Shown here: positions 11,374 through 20,069 of the stretch, piece by piece
Position numbering within the stretch: the stretch's first letter is position 1
Layout: every line of letters starts with the position of its first letter
NCBI GenBank assembly: GCA_963816425.1
Contig: CAWFKP010000006.1
Coordinates: forward strand, 272,278 to 336,277
Source of the DNA: an uncultured Actinomycetes bacterium
GTDB lineage: Bacteria > Actinomycetota > UBA4738 > HRBIN12
Direction of reading: 5' to 3'
Length of the DNA stretch: 64,000 nt
Translations under genes and position numbers: made by a program
Notes under the pieces: generated by a model
Seen by the model: only the letters and a program-made list of their open reading frames with translations
Databases searched by the model: none
Told to the model about the DNA's origin: nothing

Positions 11374-13437
11374 ATGGCACGCGGATCATTGCTGCGCACG
11401 CGAGCTCGCGGCTTCGTGATGCTCGCGGCCGTCCTCGCCCTGGGGAGCTGCTCCGTGCAGTCGCAGGGGATCGGCGAGACGGTCGCGATGATCCCGGGAT
11501 ACGCGGGCGGCGGAGCAGCTCCGAGCGGGCCGCCGATCCAGGGCTACGACGCGCCGATCCCCGTCATCCAGGTCGGGCTTTCCGAGACCGACGCCACCCA
11601 CATGGCGATCGACCTGTCCCAGCCCTTTGCCCCCCAGGGCAAGGTGTCGTTCCTCGTGACCAACAACGGGGCCAAGAAGCACGAGTTCGTGGTGCTTGCC
11701 ACCGACACCGCGGCGGCTTCCTTCCCGATCGTGAGCTTCGAAGGTGAGGCCAACCGGATCGATGAGGACGCCAAGGGTGTGACCAACGTCGGGGAGACAG
11801 GCGACATGGAACCGGGTGCGGTGATGATGCTGACCTTGGACCTGGCCCCGGGCCACTACGCCGTGGTCTGCAACCTCCCCGGGCACTACGCGATGGGCAT
11901 GCACCAGGACTTCTTCGTCACGCCCACCGCCTCCACGCCGGTCAGCGTCGGGCTGTCCGAGACCGACGCCACCCACATGGCGATCGACCTGTCCCAGCCC
12001 TTTGCCCCCCAGGGCAAGGTGTCGTTCCTCGTGACCAACAACGGGGCCAAGAAGCACGAGTTCGTGGTGCTTGCCACCGACACCGCGGCGGCTTCCTTCC
12101 CGATCGTGAGCTTCGAAGGTGAGGCCAACCGGATCGATGAGGACGCCAAGGGTGTGACCAACGTCGGGGAGACAGGCGACATGGAACCGGGTGCGGTGAT
12201 GATGCTGACCTTGGACCTGGCCCCGGGCCACTACGCCGTGGTCTGCAACCTCCCCGGGCACTACGCGATGGGCATGCACCAGGACTTCTTCGTCACGCCC
12301 ACCGCCTCCACGCCGGTCAGCGTCGGGCTGTCCGAGACCGACGCCACCCACATGGCGATCGACCTGTCCCAGCCCTTTGCCCCCCAGGGCAAGGTGTCGT
12401 TCCTCGTGACCAACAACGGGGCCAAGAAGCACGAGTTCGTGGTGCTTGCCACCGACACCGCGGCGGCTTCCTTCCCGATCGTGAGCTTCGAAGGTGAGGC
12501 CAACCGGATCGATGAGGACGCCAAGGGTGTGACCAACGTCGGGGAGACAGGCGACATGGAACCGGGTGCGGTGATGATGCTGACCTTGGACCTGGCCCCG
12601 GGCCACTACGCCGTGGTCTGCAACCTCCCCGGGCACTACGCGATGGGCATGCACCAGGACTTCTTCGTCACGCCCACCGCCTCCACGCCGGTCAGCGTCG
12701 GGCTGTCCGAGACCGACGCCACCCACATGGCGATCGACCTGTCCCAGCCCTTTGCCCCCCAGGGCAAGGTGTCGTTCCTCGTGACCAACAACGGGGCCAA
12801 GAAGCACGAGTTCGTGGTGCTTGCCACCGACACCGCGGCGGCTTCCTTCCCGATCGTGAGCTTCGAAGGTGAGGCCAACCGGATCGATGAGGACGCCAAG
12901 GGTGTGACCAACGTCGGGGAGACAGGCGACATGGAACCGGGTGCGGTGATGATGCTGACCTTGGACCTGGCCCCGGGCCACTACGCCGTGGTCTGCAACC
13001 TCCCCGGGCACTACGCGATGGGCATGCACCAGGACTTCTTCGTCACGCCCACCGCCTCCACGCCGGTCAGCGTCGGGCTGTCCGAGACCGACGCCACCCA
13101 CATGGCGATCGACCTGTCCCAGCCCTTTGCCCCCCAGGGCAAGGTGTCGTTCCTCGTGACCAACAACGGGGCCAAGAAGCACGAGTTCGTGGTGCTTGCC
13201 ACCGACACCGCGGCGGCTTCCTTCCCGATCGTGAGCTTCGAAGGTGAGGCCAACCGGATCGATGAGGACGCCAAGGGTGTGACCAACGTCGGGGAGACAG
13301 GCGACATGGAACCGGGTGCGGTGATGATGCTGACCTTGGACCTGGCCCCGGGCCACTACGCCGTGGTCTGCAACCTCCCCGGGCACTACGCGATGGGCAT
13401 GCACCAGGACTTCTTCGTCACGCCCCAGGCGGCATAG
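11374..13437 (+). CDS. lipoprotein with five tandem cupredoxin (type-1 copper) domains
   Basis: LALGSCS lipobox. Five 125-aa repeats each with H(EF)...C-N-L-P-G-H-x-x-M-G-M ligand pattern of blue-copper sites (KHEFVV...VVCNLPGHYAMGMH). Confidence 0.8.
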   Translation: MARGSLLRTRARGFVMLAAVLALGSCSVQSQGIGETVAMIPGYAGGGAAPSGPPIQGYDAPIPVIQVGLSETDATHMAIDLSQPFAPQGKVSFLVTNNGAKKHEFVVLATDTAAASFPIVSFEGEANRIDEDAKGVTNVGETGDMEPGAVMMLTLDLAPGHYAVVCNLPGHYAMGMHQDFFVTPTASTPVSVGLSETDATHMAIDLSQPFAPQGKVSFLVTNNGAKKHEFVVLATDTAAASFPIVSFEGEANRIDEDAKGVTNVGETGDMEPGAVMMLTLDLAPGHYAVVCNLPGHYAMGMHQDFFVTPTASTPVSVGLSETDATHMAIDLSQPFAPQGKVSFLVTNNGAKKHEFVVLATDTAAASFPIVSFEGEANRIDEDAKGVTNVGETGDMEPGAVMMLTLDLAPGHYAVVCNLPGHYAMGMHQDFFVTPTASTPVSVGLSETDATHMAIDLSQPFAPQGKVSFLVTNNGAKKHEFVVLATDTAAASFPIVSFEGEANRIDEDAKGVTNVGETGDMEPGAVMMLTLDLAPGHYAVVCNLPGHYAMGMHQDFFVTPTASTPVSVGLSETDATHMAIDLSQPFAPQGKVSFLVTNNGAKKHEFVVLATDTAAASFPIVSFEGEANRIDEDAKGVTNVGETGDMEPGAVMMLTLDLAPGHYAVVCNLPGHYAMGMHQDFFVTPQAA
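11563..13437 (+). repeat. 5 x 375-bp direct tandem repeat; copies 2-5 read as identical at nucleotide level
   Basis: Identical sequence blocks starting 11938, 12313, 12688, 13063. Identical antisense ORFs in track at 375-bp period (11886, 12261, 12636, 13011). Copy 1 differs only at its 5' end, copy 5 at its last ~12 nt. Confidence 0.9.
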
Positions 13438-13462
13438 ACCCACTGCGGGACAAGCCCGGAGG

Positions 13463-13491
13463 TTGACACCCGGCCGCGGCGCCCGCACACT
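13463..13491 (+). promoter_or_regulatory. putative promoter (TTGACA-N17-CACACT) positioned for a leaderless transcript starting at the leader-peptide ATG
   Basis: TTGACA at ~13463-13468 and a weak -10 about 17 nt downstream; leader ATG 13501 has no SD, consistent with leaderless initiation. Confidence 0.3.
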
Positions 13492-13500
13492 GTTGTGGCT

Positions 13501-13551
13501 ATGACGAACGCAGCTGTGCTCGGACGCAGCGTCCTCGTACTTATCGCCTAG
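13501..13551 (+). CDS. ilv operon leader peptide MTNAAVLGRSVLVLIA (attenuation control)
   Basis: 16-codon ORF rich in Val/Leu/Ile codons (gtc ctc gta ctt atc) ending TAG 13549-13551 immediately before the antiterminator stem. Confidence 0.55.
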   Translation: MTNAAVLGRSVLVLIA

Positions 13552-13587
13552 GCGCGGGGGGCCCACGGGCCCGCAGACCCCCGCGCC
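13551..13587 (+). promoter_or_regulatory. antiterminator hairpin of ilv attenuator (GGCGCGGGGG / CCCCCGCGCC, 10-bp perfect stem)
   Basis: 13551-13560 pairs perfectly with 13578-13587. Shares CCCCCGC with the terminator stem, so the two structures are mutually exclusive. Confidence 0.5.
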
Positions 13588-13617
13588 AGATGCCCTCCGC
13601 CCAGCGGGGGGCTTTTT
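13578..13617 (+). terminator. intrinsic terminator of ilv attenuator (CCCCCGC...GCGGGGG followed by GCTTTTT)
   Basis: Stem 13578-13584 / 13604-13610, U-tract 13613-13617. Located between leader peptide and first structural gene. Confidence 0.55.
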
Positions 13618-13681
13618 GTATCCCGTAGCGTGCCACCGGGCCTCGACCAGCCGGGGACCCAGACAGAGAGGAGAACCACCG

Positions 13682-13999
13682 ATGCGATACGAGTTCGAAC
13701 GAGACGGCACGGTCGTCGCCAGCGTCCTGTGGGAGGGTCCCGGCCAGGTCAGCGTCGACGCGATCGATAACAGCACGCGCGCGACGGTGGACCGCTACCT
13801 CTCATCCGAGGTCGTGTACCTGGGCGGCGGGTTCGACGTCGGCGACGAGCAGGTTCCCGACGTGTTGCAGATGCGCCGGCGTGACTGGACGCCTTGGGAG
13901 TTCGAGCGGGCGTGTCGCAACCTCGCACATCGGCTGCAGGCGCAGGTGCGTCGCGTGGAGACCGGGCCCGTGGAGGCGCGCGAGGTGGTCGCGGGATGA
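13682..13999 (+). CDS. hypothetical 105-aa protein, first gene after the ilv attenuator, translationally coupled to ilvB
   Basis: Strong RBS GAGAGGAG 9 nt upstream of ATG 13682. High GC3 codon bias. Stop TGA 13997-13999 overlaps ilvB ATG 13996 (ATGA). No recognisable domain. Confidence 0.55.
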   Translation: MRYEFERDGTVVASVLWEGPGQVSVDAIDNSTRATVDRYLSSEVVYLGGGFDVGDEQVPDVLQMRRRDWTPWEFERACRNLAHRLQAQVRRVETGPVEAREVVAG

Positions 14000-15738
14000 C
14001 GTTCAAGGGAGCGGACGCCGTTCTCAAGGCGCTCGAGCAGGAGGGTGTCGAGGTCATCTTCGGCATCCCGGGCGGCGCCAGCATGCCGATCTACGACCCG
14101 CTCGTGGACCGCTCACCGATCCGGCACGTCCTCTGCCGGCACGAGCAGGGCGCCGGACACGCGGCCGAGGGCTACGCGTGGGCCACCGGCAAGGTGGGCG
14201 TGTGCATGGCGACGAGCGGGCCTGGCGCGACGAACCTCGTCACGCCGCTGGCCGACGCGAAGATGGATTCGGTGCCGATCGTCGCGATCACCGGACAGGT
14301 GCCGACGCCGGTGGTTGGCAACGACGCTTTCCAGGAGGCGGACATCACGGGCATCACGATGCCCGTCACGAAGCACAACTTCCTGATCAAGGACGCCGCC
14401 GACATCGTGGAGACGATCCGCGAGGCGTTCCACATCGCGCGCTCGGGCCGCCCCGGCCCGGTGCTGGTTGACCTTCCCAAGGACGTGCTGAACGCCGAGA
14501 CCACCTACACCTGGCCCGAGAAGATCAACCTGCCCGGCTACAAGCCCACCACGAAGGGCAACAACCGTCAGGTGAGCGAGGCCGTGAAGCTGATCCTGGC
14601 CGCCTCGCGACCGGTGCTCTACGTCGGCGGCGGCGTGATCAAGGCGAACGCCTCCGAGGAGCTGATGCAGCTGGCGACGATCGGCAAGCTCCCGGTCGTC
14701 ACCACGCTGATGGCGCGCGGCGCCTTTCCCGACTCCCACGAGCTGTGCCTGGGGATGCCGGGCATGCATGGGAACTACACGGCGGTCACGGCGATGCAGC
14801 GCGCCGATCTGCTGGTCGCGCTCGGCTCGCGCTTCGACGACCGGGTCACGGGCAAGCTGTCGGGGTTCGCCCCGGACGCGAAGATCGTGCACGTCGACGT
14901 CGATCCGGCCGAGATCGGGAAGAACCGGTTCGTCGACGTGCCGATCGTCGGCGACTGCAAGGACGTCATCGCGAAGCTGGCCGTCGAGCTCGGCAAGCGA
15001 CAGGAAGGCGCGGGCGCGCCCGATCGGTCGGCGTGGCTCGCGCAGCTGGAGGATTGGCAGACGAAGTACCCCCTTCGCTACGGCCAGGAATCCGACACGC
15101 TGAAGCCGCAGTACTGCGTCGAGCGCCTGCGGCACTTCGCCGACGACGACACGATCCTCGTCGCGGGCGTCGGGCAACACCAGATGTACGCGGCTCAGTA
15201 CTGGCGGTTCGAGCGCCCGCGCCATTGGATCAACTCCGGTGGCCTCGGCACGATGGGCTTCGCGGTGCCCGCCGCCATGGGCGCCAAGGCGGGTCAGCCC
15301 GACAAGCGCGTGGTCGCGATCGACGGAGACGGCTGCTTCCAGATGACCGCCCAGGAGCTCGCCACCAGCAACACGGAGAAGATCCCATTCGTGACCGCGA
15401 TCTTGAACAACGGGTACCTCGGCATGGTGCGCCAGTGGCAGGAGCTGTTCTTCGACGAGCGGTATTCGGGGGTGTACCTCGATCCCGACGTGCCGAACTA
15501 CGTGAAGCTCGCGGAGGCGTACGGCGCCGTCGGTCTGCGGGTGGATTCTCCTGAGGAGGTCGACGCCGCGATCGAGAAGGCCTACGCGATCGAGGATCGA
15601 AGCGTCGTGATCGACTTCCGCACCGACCCGCGCGAGGGCGTCTTCCCGATGGTGCCGGCGGGCGCCTCGAACGACGACATCATCCTCGGGCCGGAGTTCG
15701 CGCCGCACGAGGTCCCGGGGGAGGCTCCGATCGTATGA
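13996..15738 (+). CDS. ilvB: acetolactate synthase large subunit
   Basis: [36 protein letters not shown]... ThDP-dependent AHAS family; internal ATG of track ORF 13894..15738. Confidence 0.92.
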   Translation: MTFKGADAVLKALEQEGVEVIFGIPGGASMPIYDPLVDRSPIRHVLCRHEQGAGHAAEGYAWATGKVGVCMATSGPGATNLVTPLADAKMDSVPIVAITGQVPTPVVGNDAFQEADITGITMPVTKHNFLIKDAADIVETIREAFHIARSGRPGPVLVDLPKDVLNAETTYTWPEKINLPGYKPTTKGNNRQVSEAVKLILAASRPVLYVGGGVIKANASEELMQLATIGKLPVVTTLMARGAFPDSHELCLGMPGMHGNYTAVTAMQRADLLVALGSRFDDRVTGKLSGFAPDAKIVHVDVDPAEIGKNRFVDVPIVGDCKDVIAKLAVELGKRQEGAGAPDRSAWLAQLEDWQTKYPLRYGQESDTLKPQYCVERLRHFADDDTILVAGVGQHQMYAAQYWRFERPRHWINSGGLGTMGFAVPAAMGAKAGQPDKRVVAIDGDGCFQMTAQELATSNTEKIPFVTAILNNGYLGMVRQWQELFFDERYSGVYLDPDVPNYVKLAEAYGAVGLRVDSPEEVDAAIEKAYAIEDRSVVIDFRTDPREGVFPMVPAGASNDDIILGPEFAPHEVPGEAPIV

Positions 15739-16259
15739 CGAACTTCTTGCACACCATCTCCGTGCTGGTCGAGGACCGACCGGGCGTGCTTACCCGGATC
15801 GCCGGGCTGTTCGCCGCGCGCGGGTACAACATCGAGTCGCTCGCGGTCGGCGCCACCGAGACGCCGGGCGTCTCGCGCATGACGATCGTTGTCGACGTCG
15901 AGGACAAGCCGCTCGAGCAGGTGACGAAGCAGCTCAACAAGCTGATCAACGTGATCAAGATCCTCGAGCACGATCAGGGCTCGGCCGTCGAGCGCGAGCT
16001 GATGCTGGTGAAGGTCCGCTCCGAGGGCGACAACCGTGCGCGCATCATGGAGGTCGCCGATGTGTTCCGCGTGAACGTCGTCGATGTGACGAGCGGCACC
16101 CTGACGCTCGAGGCCGCCGGCAAGCCCGAGAAGCTGGAGGCGCTGCTGTCGCTGCTCCGTGATTTCGGGATCGTCGAGCTCTCACGCACCGGGCGGATCG
16201 CGCTCGGCCGCGGCGATCGCGGCATCAAGGACCGTTCGCTCAAGGTCGCCAACGCCTGA
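15735..16259 (+). CDS. ilvN: acetolactate synthase small (regulatory, ACT-domain) subunit
   Basis: ATGA overlap with ilv[39 protein letters not shown] typical IlvN. Confidence 0.9.
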   Translation: MTNFLHTISVLVEDRPGVLTRIAGLFAARGYNIESLAVGATETPGVSRMTIVVDVEDKPLEQVTKQLNKLINVIKILEHDQGSAVERELMLVKVRSEGDNRARIMEVADVFRVNVVDVTSGTLTLEAAGKPEKLEALLSLLRDFGIVELSRTGRIALGRGDRGIKDRSLKVANA

Positions 16260-16299
16260 GCGGTGGATCCACCCGACGCACCAGGAAGGAACCGACGAG

Positions 16300-17309
<1,010 letters not shown>

Positions 17310-17310
<1 letters not shown>

Positions 17311-19018
17311 TGACCACCGCAGACCCCGACGTACCGGGCTCAAGTAGCGAAGCGGTAGCCCGTGAGATGCACCGGGCTCAAGTAGCGAAGCGGTAGCCCG
17401 TGAAGATGCACCGGGCTCAAGTAGCGAAGCGGTAGCCCATGCAGATGCACCGGGCTCAAGTAGCGAAGCGGTAGCCCGCAAAGACGTCGTCCGGATCTTC
17501 GACACCACGCTGCGCGATGGCGAGCAGGCGCCCGGGATCGCGCTGAGCCGGGCCGAGAAGGTCGAGATCGCCGAGCAGCTCGCGCGACTGAAGGTCGACA
17601 TCCTCGAGGCCGGGTTCCCGATCTCGGGGCAGGGCGAGTTCGAGGCCGTCCGCGAGATCGCCGATTCCGTGCGCGGGCCGGTGATCGCGGCGCTCGCGCG
17701 CACCGCGACCGGCGATATCGAGCGCGCCGCCGAGGCGCTCAAGGGCGCCGAGCATTGGCGGATCCATACGTTCATCTCGACGAGCGACGTCCAGCGCGAG
17801 TCCATGTTGAAGATGAGCTACCAGCAGGTACTCGACGCCATCGAGGCGAACGTGACCCTCGCCAAGGGCTACACGGAGGACGTCGAGTTCAGCGCGCAGG
17901 ATGCCACCCGCACCGAGTTGGCGTTCCTGCTCGAGTGCTACCGCCTCGCGGTGCGCTGCGGCGCGACCACGATCAACGTGCCCGACACGGTCGGCTACGC
18001 GACCCCGACGGAGTTCGGCGAGCTGATCCGGATCGTGCGCCAGGAGGTGCCCGACGAGGTCGTGATCTCGACCCACTGCCACAACGACCTCGGGCTGGCC
18101 GTCGCCAACGCGCTGGCCGGCATCGAGAACGGCGCACGCCAGGTGGAGGTGGCGGTCAACGGGATCGGCGAGCGGGCTGGGAACTGCTCGCTCGAGGAGA
18201 TCGCGATGATCGTGCGTACCCGTCGCGCGCACCTCGGCGTCCAGCACGGGCTGAACGTCAAGGAGATCACGCGCACGTCCCGGCTGGTCGCGATGACCAC
18301 GGGCTACAGCGTGCAGCGGAACAAGGCGGTCGTCGGCACGAGCGCGTTCGCGCACGAGAGCGGCATCCATCAGCACGGGGTGCTCGCCAACCGCGCGACC
18401 TACGAGATCATGGATCCCGTCGAGATCGGGCTCGAGGGGAACCAACTGGTGCTCGGCAAGCACAGCGGGCGCCACGCGTTCGTCGACGCCCTGGACAAGC
18501 TCGGCATCACGCTGGACGACGCGGCCCTCAACCGCGCGTTCACGCGGTTCAAGGACCTGGCCGATCGCAAGGTGCAGCTGACCGACCAAGATCTGTCCGC
18601 GATCGTCGCAGAGGAGCTCGGGGCGACGGACGAGGACGCGCTGGTGCTCGAGTCGCTGCAGATGGGCGGCGGCACGCACCTCCAGCCTCGGGCCACGGTC
18701 CGACTACGCAGAGGCGAGGAGGTGATCGAGGAATCCGCGATCGGCGACGGCTTGATCGACGCGGCGATGGGGGCCATCGCGCGTGCCGCCGAGGTCGAGG
18801 GTCGACTCGCGAGCTTCCACGTGTCCGGGGTCACCGAGGGCACCGACGCGCTCGGTGACGTGGTCGTCCAGCTGGACATCGACGGTCGCCGTGTGACGGG
18901 CCGCGGAGTCGCGACCGACGTCGTCGAGGCGAGCGCCCGCGCATACCTCGCGGCGGTGAACCGCGCCCTGCAGGTCCAGGCCAAGGACGCCGGCCAGACC
19001 AACGAGGTCACGCCGTGA
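17310..19018 (+). CDS. leuA: 2-isopropylmalate synthase; 5' end disrupted by a 1-nt frame change in the first tandem-repeat copy (uninterrupted frame only from 17366; next canonical start GTG 17669)
   Basis: RIFDTTLRDGEQAPGIALS... HxH/LeuA catalytic region is in frame 2 but no ATG/GTG/TTG lies between stop 17363-17365 and the RIFDTTLRDGEQ box. ATG 17310 overlaps ilvC stop (TGATG) and would be in frame if copy 1 were 39 bp like copies 2-3. Confidence 0.75.
17333..17478 (+). repeat. 38/39-bp direct tandem repeat (3 full copies + partial 4th), unit ACCGGGCTCAAGTAGCGAAGCGGTAGCCCGTGA(A)GATGC
   Basis: Copies at 17333-17370 (38 bp), 17371-17409 (39), 17410-17448 (39), 17449-17478 (partial). Encodes DAPGSSSEAVAxx 13-aa units in the leuA frame. 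Confidence 0.85.
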
Positions 19019-20069
19019 CGGACCGCTCCCACACGATCGGGGTGATCCGCGGCGACGGTACCGGCCCGGAGGTGGTCGGCGAAGGTCTCAAGGTGCTCGA
19101 CGCCGTTCGCGACTTCGACGTGACCCTCGTGGACTTCGATCTCGGCGCCGATCGATACCTGCGCACGGGGGATGTGCTTCCCGACGAGGAGCTCGCGCGG
19201 ATCGCCGAGATGGACGCGGTGTTCCTCGGGGCTGTCGGCGACCCGCGGGTGCGGCCCGGCATCCTGGAGCGCGACCTGTTGCTCAAGATCCGGTTCCAGC
19301 TCGACCAGTGGGTGAACCTGCGCCCGGTCGTGCGGTATCCGGGCGTGGCCACGCTCGTGCCGAGCCACACCGAGGACGACGTGAACTTCGTGGTGGTTCG
19401 GGAGAACTCCGAAGGGCTCTACAGCGGCGCGGGCGGCTTCCACCGGAAGGGCACGCTGCAGGAGGTCGCGGTGCAGGAATCGATCAACACGCGCCACGGG
19501 GTCGAGCGGATCGTGCGCTACGCGTTCGAACTGGCCGCTTCCACCGCTCGGCGCGGCACGCTCACGCTCGTGCACAAGACCAACGTGCTGACGTTCGCCG
19601 GCGATCTGTATCAGCGGGTGGTCGATGAGGTCGCCGGGAGTTCCCGCAGGTCCAGACCGACTACGTGCACGTCGACGCCGCGTGCATCTACTTCCTGGAC
19701 GCGCCGGGGCGGTTCGACGTCATCGTCACCGACAACATGTTCGGCGACATCATCACGGACCTCGGGGCGATGATCCAAGGCGGGATGGGCATCGCCGCCG
19801 GCGGCAATATCAACCCCGACGGCGTGTCGATGTTCGAGCCGATCGGCGGCACCGCGCCGAGCGAGACGGGCAAGGGCACGATCAACCCACTGGCCGCGAT
19901 CGGCGCGATGGAGATGCTGCTGCGCCAGTTGGGCGAGCCGGAGGCGGCCGCAAGGATCGACCGCGGCGTCCGAGCGGCGACCGGCCGGATGAAGAGCATG
20001 CGCGCGGGCGAGATGGGGTTCTCCACGGCGCAGGTCGGCGATCTCGTGGTGGAGGGCGCGACGGCATGA
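19015..20069 (+). CDS. leuB: 3-isopropylmalate dehydrogenase, frameshifted in this sequence at a G-run (~19636-19638)
   Basis: Track ORFs 19015..19773 and 19665..20069 together give a full LeuB (MTDRSHTIGVIRGDGTGPEV... / ...EFPQVQTDYVHVDAACIYFLDAPGRFDVIVTDNMFGDIITD). Restored by GGG->GGGG. ATGA overlap with leuA stop. Confidence 0.8.

Noticed and set aside
11563-13437. Possibility that the tandem arrays (375-bp x5, 39-bp x4, 18-bp x4) are CRISPR
   Set aside because: Repeats are contiguous with no unique spacers and lie in frame inside protein-coding genes.
11386-13776. 796-aa minus-strand ORF (and nested 98-aa ORFs) antisense to the cupredoxin repeat gene
   Set aside because: Antisense shadow of the repeated coding sequence; repetitive H/G/R-rich product with no start context. 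The plus-strand gene has lipobox and copper-site motifs.
13616-13999. Track ORF start at 13616 for the small pre-ilvB protein
   Set aside because: The upstream part overlaps the attenuator terminator and lacks an RBS. ATG 13682 with GAGAGGAG RBS is the credible start.
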